DNA from: Parcubacteria group bacterium
GTDB taxonomy: Bacteria; Patescibacteriota; Minisyncoccia; Moranbacterales; UBA11712
DNA length: 64,000 nucleotides
Assembly: GCA_041659685.1 (NCBI GenBank)
Contig: JBAZXV010000001.1
Location: 24,226-88,225, forward strand
Reading direction: 5' to 3'
Of this stretch, positions 39,775 to 49,574 are shown piece by piece; the stretch's first letter is position 1; each line of letters starts with the position of its first letter. A program made the position numbers and the translations under genes. The notes below the pieces were generated by a model. That model saw nothing but the letters and a program-made list of their open reading frames with translations, was not told the origin of the DNA and did no database searches.

Positions 39775-42081
39775 ATGTTTAATTTGAGGAAAGAAAAATT
39801 ATATATAATATTATTCTACGCCGTACTGACGATAGTTCTTACCTGGCCTTTTGCTTCACGTTTCTTTTCATCGGTTCCAAGTCTCGGTTCGGACACGATG
39901 CAGGTTATCGGAGTGGCGGGGGAAAGGGCAAATGTCATCAAGGACCTTGGTTTTTGGAAAGGCACATTCGAACTGCTGAAGCGTTCGGAATTCAACGTCG
40001 TCACGCTTTATTCTTATTTTGAGCTTATTTTCGGCCGTATAGCCGGTTATAATCTGCTTTTTTTCGCCTCTTTTGTCCTTTCCGGATTCGGAATGTATCT
40101 TTTGGCTTTTTATTTTACGAAAAACAAGCCGGCATCACTTATTGCCGGAATTATTTTCGCCTTTTCTCCGTTCCACGTGCATAATTCCTTGAGCACGAAT
40201 GTCGGGACGATGCATCAGGAATGGCTGCCTTTTTTTGCGCTGTACCTTTTTAAATTTTTTGATTCCGCGAAAGGAAGCGATAGCGGCTCGAAAGAAACAG
40301 ATAATAGCCTCCCCGGCGGCCAAGCTCTCCCCGGCGGAAATGGCAGTTTGAGGCTCAAAAACTTCCTGCTGGCAGGCTTGTTTTTGGGACTCATCGCTTT
40401 CACCGAGCATCAGCTCCTTGCCTTCACTTTGATCTTTATTTTATTTTTTCTTGTTTATAAGATTTTTACGCAACCGAAAATATTCATTAAAGGAAAACTA
40501 TGGCTCTATGTGATTGTGAGCGTTGCGATTCTTTCGGCGGTGTCCTTTCTTATGTTCCGTTCGCTTTTTGAAATCGCCTTTTCAGGAAATAATTATCTCG
40601 ATCCGGGATTCAAGGCGGCGGTCAAATACTCAAATGACGCGCTGGCAATTATTATTCCCCCCAGTTTTCATTCCTTTTGGCCGGATGCCTTTTCTCACAT
40701 CCGGGAAACTTTCAGGAGGCGAACCGACAGCTCATTTTCAATCTATGCCGGATTTTCGGTGCTTTTGTTGTCCATCCTTGGCATGGCGGGAATGCGATCC
40801 CTTCGAAAGCGTCGGATTCCAACGAGGGGGATATGGTTTTGGTTTGCAACGGCACTCGGTTTTTATATCCTTTCGCTTGGGCCGCATCTCAACTATATGG
40901 GGGAAATCAATCCGCCGGTTAAGATGCCGTATCTTCTTGCCTATAACTATCTTCCGTTCTTCAATAATATCCGGACAGTGGGGAGGCTGTTTATATATTC
41001 GATACTCTCGTTTTCAATCCTTGCGGCATGGGGAAGCGCGTATCTGATTTCAAAAGCCTCGCCTAAAAATGAAGAGGAGAAGGAAAAATTGGCGAAGGAT
41101 GATAACGCAAAAGAAAGGCGAACTGATCTTTTTGGCGTCAATCTCAAGCAACAAATCATTGTGTCTTTGATCAGCCTCGTTGTTATTGTCGAGTATCTTG
41201 CCGTCCCATTCAAGACGAATACCCTTTTGCACTCGTCTTTTTACGATAAATTGGGGCAGGACAAGGAGAATTACAGCGTCCTTGAAATTCCGGGAAGCAC
41301 GAATTATGATTTTGCTTCGCGCGATCTGGTCTGGAAGAGCATTCACAGGAAAAATACGGTCAACAGCTATGACTTTGCCCGGGAAATCGACGAAAACGAC
41401 GTCTTTCAAAAAGGGACTCCCATCGTACGGACTCTTCTGTATGATATTTCCAATGAGGACAGCGGAAACGACCGTGACATTATGAAAAATTCGTACTATA
41501 ACATTTCAAGCGAAATATTAAATTACTACAGCATTCGCTACGTGATTCTCGACAAGGAGGGCCTTAAGGGCAATCCGGAAAAGGGCGATCTGAATATGCT
41601 TTATCCCGCCAAAGCCTATATAAGCAATGTGATAAAATGCGCTGATGAATATGAAGATGAATATCTTTATGCCTGCCGGATTGATCAAACCGACGTTCCC
41701 GATCACATGTTTCTCGCGATGGATTACAGCAACAAGCATTGGGTTGGGAAAAGCAAATCTAAAAACGGAATTCAAAGATGGGCGGAAAACGGGGCCGGAG
41801 TAAAACTTGTCAACATGACGAATCAAATTCAAAGCAGCAAGCTTAATTTTGATGCGAAAATATCAAAGCCGCTTCGGCTCAAAGTGTTTTTTAACGGAGC
41901 GGAGATATATAATCAGTACCTGACGTATCTTGGAAAAAAGCAAACGATTTCCGCAGATCTTCCAAGCATCAATCCGGGAGAAAACGATGTCACTTTTGGC
42001 GTTTATGCGGCTGACGGGACCGAGATTAAAACGGATAAAAAATCAGACTCCGTGGTTATTTATCAGGTGGAAGTAGAATAG
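39775..42081 (+). CDS. Large multi-pass membrane protein (YfhO/GT-C-like) with C-terminal extracytoplasmic domain
   Basis: GYN..F...VLSGFGMYLL, AGIIFAFSPFH, LSLGP, R...R and YVILDK motifs. Start ATG 39775 (39745 is an alternative). Confidence 0.6.
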   Translation: MFNLRKEKLYIILFYAVLTIVLTWPFASRFFSSVPSLGSDTMQVIGVAGERANVIKDLGFWKGTFELLKRSEFNVVTLYSYFELIFGRIAGYNLLFFASFVLSGFGMYLLAFYFTKNKPASLIAGIIFAFSPFHVHNSLSTNVGTMHQEWLPFFALYLFKFFDSAKGSDSGSKETDNSLPGGQALPGGNGSLRLKNFLLAGLFLGLIAFTEHQLLAFTLIFILFFLVYKIFTQPKIFIKGKLWLYVIVSVAILSAVSFLMFRSLFEIAFSGNNYLDPGFKAAVKYSNDALAIIIPPSFHSFWPDAFSHIRETFRRRTDSSFSIYAGFSVLLLSILGMAGMRSLRKRRIPTRGIWFWFATALGFYILSLGPHLNYMGEINPPVKMPYLLAYNYLPFFNNIRTVGRLFIYSILSFSILAAWGSAYLISKASPKNEEEKEKLAKDDNAKERRTDLFGVNLKQQIIVSLISLVVIVEYLAVPFKTNTLLHSSFYDKLGQDKENYSVLEIPGSTNYDFASRDLVWKSIHRKNTVNSYDFAREIDENDVFQKGTPIVRTLLYDISNEDSGNDRDIMKNSYYNISSEILNYYSIRYVILDKEGLKGNPEKGDLNMLYPAKAYISNVIKCADEYEDEYLYACRIDQTDVPDHMFLAMDYSNKHWVGKSKSKNGIQRWAENGAGVKLVNMTNQIQSSKLNFDAKISKPLRLKVFFNGAEIYNQYLTYLGKKQTISADLPSINPGENDVTFGVYAADGTEIKTDKKSDSVVIYQVEVE

Positions 42082-42168
42082 GCAGAACTCATTTTCTTTG
42101 GGATTTCATTTCCCCCGGTGTTAGATCAGGCGCGATTTGGCGAAAATGCTTTTGGCGTTTTTTTTTGT

Positions 42169-42197
42169 TTGCCGGAAACATTCGAAATTGGTATAAT
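42169..42197 (+). promoter_or_regulatory. Sigma70 promoter with extended -10, leaderless, for thpR
   Basis: TTGCCG-17 bp-TATAAT, with TG at the extended -10 position and 6 nt to the ATG. Confidence 0.65.
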
Positions 42198-42203
42198 GTG
42201 ATT

Positions 42204-42758
42204 ATGCAAAAACGCTTATTTCTTGGCATTTCTGTTCCGGAGAACGTAAAAAAGCGACTTTTTAGGCTGGTTGAAAATAAATTTCAGAGCTTGCCGGTAA
42301 AATGGGCGCGGCCTGAAAATATGCATATTACCTTAAGTTTTCTGGGGCATATTCAGGAAGAAAACATTCCGGCAATATGCGACTCAATAAGGGAATCTCT
42401 GGGAAATATCGGCGTGTTCGAGTTGGATTTTGAGAAAATTGAATATGGACCCGGCCAAGATTCCAAGAGGATGATATGGGCAACCGGAAAGCGGAGCGAG
42501 GAGTTGGAAGAGTTGAAATTCCGCCTGGAATCTGCTTTGGGCGATCTCAGGAAAGAAAAGAAAAAATTCACACCTCACATAACCCTGGGGAGAATAAGAA
42601 GAGGCGAGTGGCTGAGACTGGAAAAGGAGCCGGATATTTTTGAAGAATATAAATTTAATGTTCCAGTTTCATCGGTTGAGCTTCTCGAAAGTAAATCTGA
42701 AAAAGGGAAACGGGTTTATTACACTCTCGAATCATTTCCGCTAAACATTAAAAATTGA
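42204..42758 (+). CDS. thpR: RNA 2',3'-cyclic phosphodiesterase (2H phosphoesterase)
   Basis: RLFLGI start and two HxT motifs (HITLSFLG, PHITLGR). Confidence 0.88.
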   Translation: MQKRLFLGISVPENVKKRLFRLVENKFQSLPVKWARPENMHITLSFLGHIQEENIPAICDSIRESLGNIGVFELDFEKIEYGPGQDSKRMIWATGKRSEELEELKFRLESALGDLRKEKKKFTPHITLGRIRRGEWLRLEKEPDIFEEYKFNVPVSSVELLESKSEKGKRVYYTLESFPLNIKN

Positions 42759-43501
42759 TGGAAGCGAACTGCGGAAAAAATAAACATAGTCCTAAAGTTC
42801 TGGGCATTAAATTGAATAATCTCTCCGGAGAGGAAATCAACCGGTGGCTCTGTGATATTCTGAGCGGTCCGCCCCGGCAAAAATTTGTCGTAACGCTTAA
42901 TCCGGAAATAATTCTCGAAGGGCGCCGAGATGAGGTTTACGGAAATATTTTGAATAATGCCGATCTCTGCGTATGTGACGGCATAGGCGTAAAATTAATT
43001 TCTCTCCTTAAAGGAGTGAAAGTGAAGGCCAGAAAGACGGGAGTCGAAATAACTGAATTCTTGCTGGCTGCCGCCAAAAAAGAGGGCAGGAGCGTGCTGA
43101 TTATTGCCAAGAAGAACGGCTTGAGCGATCCGGAAGAGATAAGGAAAGCGGTGGAGGAGAGGTATGGTGTCAGAGCGGAAGCTGCCTGCTTTGATGACAA
43201 TTTGCTAAACAGCCAAAAAGCGAAAAATTCGGAAATAATCCTTGTTAATTTTGGCGCGCCCCAGCAGGAAAAATTTATTATCAAATACCGCTCAAATTTT
43301 CCAAACGCCAAAATCCTTGTCGGAGTGGGTGGAGCGATCGATTTTTTGACCGGGAAAACGGTACGGGCGCCGCACTGGATGAGAAAGGCGGGACTTGAGT
43401 GGTTTTGGAGATTTATGAAGCAGCCAAGGAGGATAAAGAGGATTGCGAGCGCCGTTCTGGTGTTTCCAGCAAAGGCATTAATCAATTTCAGAGAAAAATA
43501 A
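42758..43501 (+). CDS. WecB/TagA/CpsF family glycosyltransferase
   Basis: VTLNPE, DGIG, GAPQQE, GVGGAIDF and RAPHWM..GLEWFWR...PRR motifs. TGATG overlap with thpR. Confidence 0.9.
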   Translation: MEANCGKNKHSPKVLGIKLNNLSGEEINRWLCDILSGPPRQKFVVTLNPEIILEGRRDEVYGNILNNADLCVCDGIGVKLISLLKGVKVKARKTGVEITEFLLAAAKKEGRSVLIIAKKNGLSDPEEIRKAVEERYGVRAEAACFDDNLLNSQKAKNSEIILVNFGAPQQEKFIIKYRSNFPNAKILVGVGGAIDFLTGKTVRAPHWMRKAGLEWFWRFMKQPRRIKRIASAVLVFPAKALINFREK

Positions 43502-43504
43502 TCG

Positions 43505-44254
43505 ATGGTAAAAATACTGCTTAATAAAAGAGTTCTTCTTCTTGCGGCTTCTCTGTTTTTCGGATTATTGGTGGTTTGGACGGGAGCGTTTTTGGGTTGG
43601 TCTCCTTTTTCGGCCAACCTAACATTTGTTGTTTTGCTTATTTTTTTTCTGGGAATTATGGTCTCGAGCCAGCAATATGAAGAGGATGCAATATCGAAGG
43701 TCGAAAGAATAATCAGCTCTTTCCTTTTTTCATATATTTTATTTTTTCGTTTGCTTTACGCTCCTTTGAGCAAATTCTTCTTCGGGTATCTCATAAGAGA
43801 AACATCATTTCTGGCGGACACACTGGCTCTTATTTTGTTTCTCTTGTTCTTTTTTCTTTTCGGGACGGCTTTTTTGGTGCTCAACAGCTATTCGCGCCTT
43901 GGATTTTTGGGTCATTGGAAATTTTTCAATAATCCGGCCGCTTTTTTTATTCTCAGATTTTTCTTTGTGGCTTTTTTGGGAATATTTGCTATGATTTATA
44001 TAAGAAATTCATTTTTTTCACTCAAAAATTCATATTATATAAACAAAATTATCCCTCCATCGACTTGCGGCTGGACCTATAGCCGCTTCTCCGGCGTTTT
44101 GTCGCTGGATCGCAGTGTCAGCGGCGAAAATATCTGCCTCCTTCTTTTTGCGAAGGATCGGAATGATCTGAAATATTGCAGTCTCATCCTGGATGAAGAA
44201 GTGAAAAGCAAATGCATTGAAAATGTTTCTTCGGGATCAAAAAAAACGGACTAG
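43505..44254 (+). CDS. Hypothetical membrane protein with C-terminal Cys-containing domain
   Basis: About five hydrophobic segments and a C...C...C...C tail. Confidence 0.6.
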   Translation: MVKILLNKRVLLLAASLFFGLLVVWTGAFLGWSPFSANLTFVVLLIFFLGIMVSSQQYEEDAISKVERIISSFLFSYILFFRLLYAPLSKFFFGYLIRETSFLADTLALILFLLFFFLFGTAFLVLNSYSRLGFLGHWKFFNNPAAFFILRFFFVAFLGIFAMIYIRNSFFSLKNSYYINKIIPPSTCGWTYSRFSGVLSLDRSVSGENICLLLFAKDRNDLKYCSLILDEEVKSKCIENVSSGSKKTD

Positions 44255-44305
44255 GGGATAAAAATCTAATTATGTTCAGGCAAGGAGTAAATACTAATTT
44301 ATTTT

Positions 44306-45778
44306 ATGGAAAAACAAGAACGGGTGCGTTTCGCACCGAGTCCGACAGGGTATCTGCATATCGGAGGGCTCAGGACAGCGCTTTATAATTTTCTCTATGC
44401 CCGCAAAAGACAGGGAATATTTTTTCTCAGGATCGAGGATACCGATCAAAAAAGAATCATTGAAGGCGCTGTGCCTAAATTGATCGACTCTCTTGCTTGG
44501 GCGAATATTCTGCCGGAAGAAGGCGTCGTTTCCTGCGAGAATGGAGAGATGATTGAAAAGGGGAATTACGGTCCATATGTCCAGTCAAAAAGGCTCGATA
44601 TTTATAAAAAATATGCCCATGAGCTGGTTGAGAGAGGCAAGGCTTATTATTGCTTTTGTTCGCCGGAAAGACTTGAAAATCTCAGAAAGAAACAGGAGGA
44701 GGAAAAAATTGCGCCGGCTTACGATAAATGCTGTCTCAGGGAAGTTTCTCCGGAGGAAGCCAAAAAAAGAATTCAGAACGGAGAAAAATACGTCATCCGT
44801 TTCGATGTCCCTGAAACGGGGGAGACGGAGTTTGAAGACATTGTCCGGGGCAGAGTTAAATTTGCCAACAAAAACATTGACGATCCCGTGATTTTGAAAT
44901 CGGACGGATATCCGACCTATCACCTGGCGCATGTCGTTGACGATTTTCTTATGAAAACAACCGTTGTTTTTCGGGGCGAAGAGTGGCTTCCTAGCGCTCC
45001 CAAGCATATTCTCATGTTCAAAGCTTTCGGATGGGATCCGCCAAAGTATGCCCATCTTTGCACAATACTCAATAAAACCAGCAAAAAAAAGCTTTCCAAA
45101 AGGGACGGAGATGTCAGTGTTGAGGATTTCAGGAAGAAGGGATATCTTCCGGAAGCCGTAATCAACTTCATTGCGCTTCTGGGATGGAATCCTAAAACAG
45201 AGCAGGAAATGTTTACCCTCGAGCAACTGGCTGAGCAATTTGACGAAAAGAAGCTCAATAGGGCCGGCGCTATTTTTGATACGGAAAAACTCGACTGGAT
45301 GAACGGAATTTATATCAGAAAAAAGAGTGTTGACGAACTCATGGAGCTTTGCCGGCCCTATCTGGAAAAATATATAATAGACGATGATTATCTCAAAAAA
45401 ATCGTCACTGTGGAACAGGAAAGGATGAAGACGCTTTCGGATATCGAGAATATGGCGGAGGTGTATTTGGAAACTCCGGACTATAAAAAAGAACTGCTGC
45501 TCTGGAAAAAAATGAGCGGAAAAGAATTGCTTTCTTCCCTTCAAAAATCTTCTGAACTGATAGGCGGCATTGAAAAAGGGGAGTGGGAGATTGAAAAAAT
45601 AAAAGACAAGCTTATGGAGGCGGCTGATCAAAAAAACAGAGGGGCGCTTCTTTGGCCTCTTCGTGTTGCACTTACCGGAAAGGAAAAAAGCTCTTCTCCG
45701 TTTGAAGTTGCTTGGGTATTGGGAAGAGAAGAGAGTGTCAAAAGAATTAATCAGGCAATAACTCTAATAAACGACTGA
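44306..45778 (+). CDS. gltX: Glutamate--tRNA ligase
   Basis: RFAPSPTGYLHIGG (HIGH motif), RIEDTD, YYCFC, PTYH, RGEEW and KLSKR. Confidence 0.97.
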   Translation: MEKQERVRFAPSPTGYLHIGGLRTALYNFLYARKRQGIFFLRIEDTDQKRIIEGAVPKLIDSLAWANILPEEGVVSCENGEMIEKGNYGPYVQSKRLDIYKKYAHELVERGKAYYCFCSPERLENLRKKQEEEKIAPAYDKCCLREVSPEEAKKRIQNGEKYVIRFDVPETGETEFEDIVRGRVKFANKNIDDPVILKSDGYPTYHLAHVVDDFLMKTTVVFRGEEWLPSAPKHILMFKAFGWDPPKYAHLCTILNKTSKKKLSKRDGDVSVEDFRKKGYLPEAVINFIALLGWNPKTEQEMFTLEQLAEQFDEKKLNRAGAIFDTEKLDWMNGIYIRKKSVDELMELCRPYLEKYIIDDDYLKKIVTVEQERMKTLSDIENMAEVYLETPDYKKELLLWKKMSGKELLSSLQKSSELIGGIEKGEWEIEKIKDKLMEAADQKNRGALLWPLRVALTGKEKSSSPFEVAWVLGREESVKRINQAITLIND

Positions 45779-45784
45779 TTGGTG

Positions 45785-47176
45785 ATGATTAAAATAAAGT
45801 CGAAAACAAAAAATATGTCCGAAATGATTCGTGTTATACCGAAAAAGATTGGCCAAAAATCAACAATTTTTCGTTACCGCGCGACGGCCATTCTTTATAT
45901 TTTCTTAATATTAACGCTGCTGTATTATTATAAGCAGGATGTATTTGCCCAGAGCGCCGCGACCGCTACGGATAACTCTAATCAGCAGATCATCGAGGAC
46001 AAGCAGGATCAGATTGAGGATCTCCAGAAAAAGGCGGAAAATTATCGCCAGATGATCGAGATGAAGCAGGACAAGGCCCAGACCCTTGAAAACCAGCTGA
46101 AGCTTATGGAAGGAGAAATATCATCGCTGGAAAATGACATCAGCGGTCTTCAAAAAGAAATCGATCAGACATCGAGCGATATCGATCAGCTAAATGATCA
46201 GATAAAGAGCAAAGAGGAGGATATCAGCCAAAAAAAGAAAGTTTTATCCGGCATTATTCAAAACTACTATGAAAACAGCCAGGGATCGCTGACGGATTTT
46301 ATGCTGAGAGGAACAAATCTTTCTGATTTTTTGAGCCAGCCGGATTATATTTCGCAGACAGGAACAAAGGTTGACGAAGTTCTTACGTCGGTCACTTCAG
46401 CCCGGGACGAGCTGGAAGGCGACAAAAAAAGCCTTGAAATAAAAAATAACAAGCAGAAAGAAAATCAAGGCAAGGTTCTTGAGAAAAAAAGATATTTGGA
46501 CGGCGAGCAAGATTCAAAGCAGCAGCTTTTGGAGCAGACGAACGGGGAAGAGGAAAAATATCAGCAGCTTCTGGCCAGAGTGGAAGAACAGAAACAGGAG
46601 CTTCTTGGCGACATTTCATCCCTCAGCGAAGAGAAAAGTTCTGACCTTGCCGCAGTTGAAGCGACAATTGAAAAGCCGAAATCAGGACTTGCATCCACCA
46701 GCTGGTATTTCTCACAGCGTGATTCGCGCTGGGGAAACCAGCATATCGGCCTTTCGAACACACTCATGAAAAATTACGGTTGCGCCGTTACTGCAGTCGC
46801 GATGGTGCTTCGCTATCATGGAGCAGATATTGATCCGGGGTCCCTTGCTCAGCAGCAGATTTTTTCACACGATCTTATCGTTTGGCCAAAGCAATGGAAA
46901 GGAATTGAGCTTGCTTCCTCCACGGGCCATGGAAACATCGACTGGGATGTCGTGGACCGGGAACTAAAAAATAAAAATCCGGTCATAGTTTTTGTGAAAT
47001 CCACCAAAAGGGGAGCGGGGCATTATGTTGTTGTCCACGGGAAAGACAAAAACGGAGACTATATCGTTCACGACCCTTATTGGGGAAGCAATCTTTTCCT
47101 AAGTTCGACAAAGGCGTATGTTGGCGCTTTGTACGGAAGCGGAACGGTAGTAGATCAGATGATAATTTATCATTAA
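45785..47176 (+). CDS. Exported coiled-coil protein with C-terminal C39-like cysteine peptidase domain
   Basis: TM/signal segment, long PcsB/CwlO-like coiled coil, then SQRDSRWG...YGCAVTAVAM...GHYVVV...HDP (Cys-His-Asp). Start uncertain. Confidence 0.78.
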   Translation: MIKIKSKTKNMSEMIRVIPKKIGQKSTIFRYRATAILYIFLILTLLYYYKQDVFAQSAATATDNSNQQIIEDKQDQIEDLQKKAENYRQMIEMKQDKAQTLENQLKLMEGEISSLENDISGLQKEIDQTSSDIDQLNDQIKSKEEDISQKKKVLSGIIQNYYENSQGSLTDFMLRGTNLSDFLSQPDYISQTGTKVDEVLTSVTSARDELEGDKKSLEIKNNKQKENQGKVLEKKRYLDGEQDSKQQLLEQTNGEEEKYQQLLARVEEQKQELLGDISSLSEEKSSDLAAVEATIEKPKSGLASTSWYFSQRDSRWGNQHIGLSNTLMKNYGCAVTAVAMVLRYHGADIDPGSLAQQQIFSHDLIVWPKQWKGIELASSTGHGNIDWDVVDRELKNKNPVIVFVKSTKRGAGHYVVVHGKDKNGDYIVHDPYWGSNLFLSSTKAYVGALYGSGTVVDQMIIYH

Positions 47177-47195
47177 TTTTGGAGAAATAATTATC

Positions 47196-47750
47196 GTGAA
47201 AAAAATATATAAAATTTTGTCGAGCAAAAATATTTACATCAACCCGTGGATAAAAGTCAGAGAGGACAAAGTTATTCAGCCGGGAGGAAAGGAAGGAATT
47301 TTTGGGGTTGTGGAAATGAAAGCCGGCTCGACTGTTTTGGCTCTGAATTCGAAAAACGAAGCTTATCTTATCAAAGAATATAAATATGCAATCGAAAGAG
47401 AATCGATTGAGCTGGTGAGCGGAGGCCTTGATGGAAACGAGACCGCTCTTGATGCCGCAAAGCGCGAGCTCAAAGAGGAAACCGGCATAGACGCCGGGAG
47501 ATGGATTGATCTGGGCGTTGTCGACCCGTTTACCACCGTCATTAAATCTCCCAATCATATGTTTCTTGCGCTGGACATAAAAGAAGGGAGGCAATTTTTG
47601 GAAGAAGGAGAAAGATTGAAAGTGATGAAGCATCCCTTTGAAGAAGTGATCAGAATGGTTATGGACAGCGAAATCACTCATTCCGCGAGCTGTGCGTGCA
47701 TTCTGAAAGCTGCAAGGTATCTGGAGGAGAATGGCCATAATGTCGCATAA
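47196..47750 (+). CDS. NUDIX hydrolase (ADP-ribose pyrophosphatase-like)
   Basis: Nudix box GGLDGNETALDAAKRELKEETG. Confidence 0.9.
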   Translation: MKKIYKILSSKNIYINPWIKVREDKVIQPGGKEGIFGVVEMKAGSTVLALNSKNEAYLIKEYKYAIERESIELVSGGLDGNETALDAAKRELKEETGIDAGRWIDLGVVDPFTTVIKSPNHMFLALDIKEGRQFLEEGERLKVMKHPFEEVIRMVMDSEITHSASCACILKAARYLEENGHNVA

Positions 47751-47849
47751 GGTACATTGTGCGACATAGTATATCAATCCGGAACCCTGCTTCCCCGCCG
47801 TTATATTCAGGAAAGATAAATATCTAAAAAATAAAAAATATTTATTTTT

Positions 47850-47893
47850 GAAAAGAAAGCCCCCGCTCCATCCCGCGGGGGTTCAGTCTTTTC
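47850..47893. terminator. Hairpin between convergent genes, probable bidirectional terminator
   Basis: GAAAAGA-AAGCCCCCGC-N8-GCGGGGGTT-CAG-TCTTTTC. Confidence 0.6.
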
Positions 47894-47915
47894 TGAGGCG
47901 TATATATAGAAGTTA

Positions 47916-48338
47916 TTATTTTTCTCTTTTCTTTAATGCAACTGTTTTTTTGGTTTCTTCCGGGCTCTTGCCCCTATAATCTTCAATCGCCCTTTTCAAG
48001 GCGTCGGCTGCAAGGTTCGAACAATGCATTTTGAGCGGCGGAAGCCCTTCGAGATTTTCGGCGATGTCTCCGCGGGAAATTTTTCGCGCCGCTTCCAAAT
48101 CTCTGCCTTTGGCAAGCTGGGTAACCATTGAAGATGTTGCGATCGCGGCGGCGCATCCCAATGTCTCAAATTTGATGTCGGAAATAATTTCAGCGCCCTT
48201 AACTTTTTTCACTTTAATATAAACAGTCATTATATCGCCGCAGGAGGGGTTTCCAACGGTACCGACTCCGTCTGGATTATTTAGCCGGCCTTGATTTTTT
48301 GGATTTGTAAAATGTTGCATTACTAACTTTGAATACAT
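47916..48338 (-). CDS. iscU: Fe-S cluster scaffold IscU/NifU-N
   Basis: YSKLVMQHFTNPKNQG, GNPSCGD, GCAAAIA and LPPLKMHCSNLA motifs. Confidence 0.92.
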   Translation of the reverse strand: MYSKLVMQHFTNPKNQGRLNNPDGVGTVGNPSCGDIMTVYIKVKKVKGAEIISDIKFETLGCAAAIATSSMVTQLAKGRDLEAARKISRGDIAENLEGLPPLKMHCSNLAADALKRAIEDYRGKSPEETKKTVALKKREK

Positions 48339-48372
48339 AATTTTATAAAAATTGTAAATTGTAAGAGACAGC

Positions 48373-49566
48373 TTATTTTCCTGCAATCTTTCTTAATCGC
48401 GATACCGTATTTTTCAACGCGTTTATGAAATATTCTATTTCTTGCTTCGTGGTGTATTTTCCAAGGGTTATCCGCATACTGCCGTGGCTTTCTTCGTCGC
48501 TTAATCCGATGGCTGCAAGAACATGCGACGGACGGAGATCCCCGGATGAGCAGGCGCTTCCGGTTGATACAGCAACTCCTTCAAGATCGAGTCCCAACAG
48601 CAATCCTTCCCCCTCGACATCCTTAAACGCGAAATTGGCGTTATTGGGAGAGCGTTTGATCTTTGATCCATTGAGCTTAACTCCGGAAACCTCCTTCATT
48701 ATTCTGGAAATCATATAATCCCGCAGTTTCTCAACCATTTTATAAACTTTTTTTCTTTCCGTCTCGACAAGCTCCAGGGCCTTTCCGAGTCCGGCGATAG
48801 CCGGAACGTTATGGGTTCCGCTCCGAAAATTAAACTCCTGTCCGCCTCCGTCTTGGATCCTTTTTATCGGCGTGCCTTTTTTAATGAACAGGCAGCCGAT
48901 TCCTTTCGGGCCATATATCTTATGAGCTGACATGGAAAGCAAGTCGACTCCCAGGTTTTCTATCCGGCAGTCCAGATAGCTGATAGCTTGAGTGGCGTCA
49001 GTATGGAAAATAATTTTTCGATCGCGATTTTTGTTGGCCTTTTCGATTATTTTTCCAACTTCCCTGATCGGCTGAATTGTGCCGATTTCGTTGTTGACAT
49101 ACATTATGCTGACAAGCAGCGTGTTCGGCTTCAGGGATTTTTCTATGTCGATTGCCCGCACTAAACCGTCGCTTCCGACCGGGAGATATGTAATTTCAGC
49201 CATTCCCCGGTCCGCCAGGGCCTGGCAGGCGCTGAGAATGCAGGAATGCTCAATAGACGTAGTAATAATGTGCGGCCTGGGGCTTCCTTTTGTTCGCAAA
49301 GAGTCGGCTATCGCAGTTCCTTTAACGGCAAGATTATTGCTCTCTGTAGCGCCGGAAGTGAAAATAATTTCATCTTTTTCGCACCCAAAAAAATCAGCCG
49401 CTTGTTTTCGGGCAGTTTCAATTGCCTCGTCCGCCTCTCTTCCGAAGGAATGAAGAGACATTGGATTTCCAAATTTCTGAAAAAAATATTTTTTCATGTA
49501 ATCAAAAACCCTCGGATCGACAGGGGTTGTTGAGGCGTAATCGAGATAAATTCTTTTCTTTTTCAT
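48373..49566 (-). CDS. iscS: Cysteine desulfurase IscS/NifS
   Basis: YLDYASTTP, FTSGATE, HTDATQ, SAHKIYGPKG and STGSACSS motifs. Confidence 0.93.
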   Translation of the reverse strand: MKKKRIYLDYASTTPVDPRVFDYMKKYFFQKFGNPMSLHSFGREADEAIETARKQAADFFGCEKDEIIFTSGATESNNLAVKGTAIADSLRTKGSPRPHIITTSIEHSCILSACQALADRGMAEITYLPVGSDGLVRAIDIEKSLKPNTLLVSIMYVNNEIGTIQPIREVGKIIEKANKNRDRKIIFHTDATQAISYLDCRIENLGVDLLSMSAHKIYGPKGIGCLFIKKGTPIKRIQDGGGQEFNFRSGTHNVPAIAGLGKALELVETERKKVYKMVEKLRDYMISRIMKEVSGVKLNGSKIKRSPNNANFAFKDVEGEGLLLGLDLEGVAVSTGSACSSGDLRPSHVLAAIGLSDEESHGSMRITLGKYTTKQEIEYFINALKNTVSRLRKIAGK

Positions 49567-49574
49567 ATATCATA

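Noticed and set aside
44585-45631. 348-aa antisense ORF opposite gltX
   Set aside because: It is codon-in-register with gltX, so it only reflects the absence of TTA/CTA/TCA sense codons there. The translation is F/I-rich with no motifs.
46983-47777. 264-aa antisense ORF, and similar shadow ORFs at 42937-43617, 55052-55663 and 60100-60645
   Set aside because: All lie opposite well-supported genes and lack motifs.
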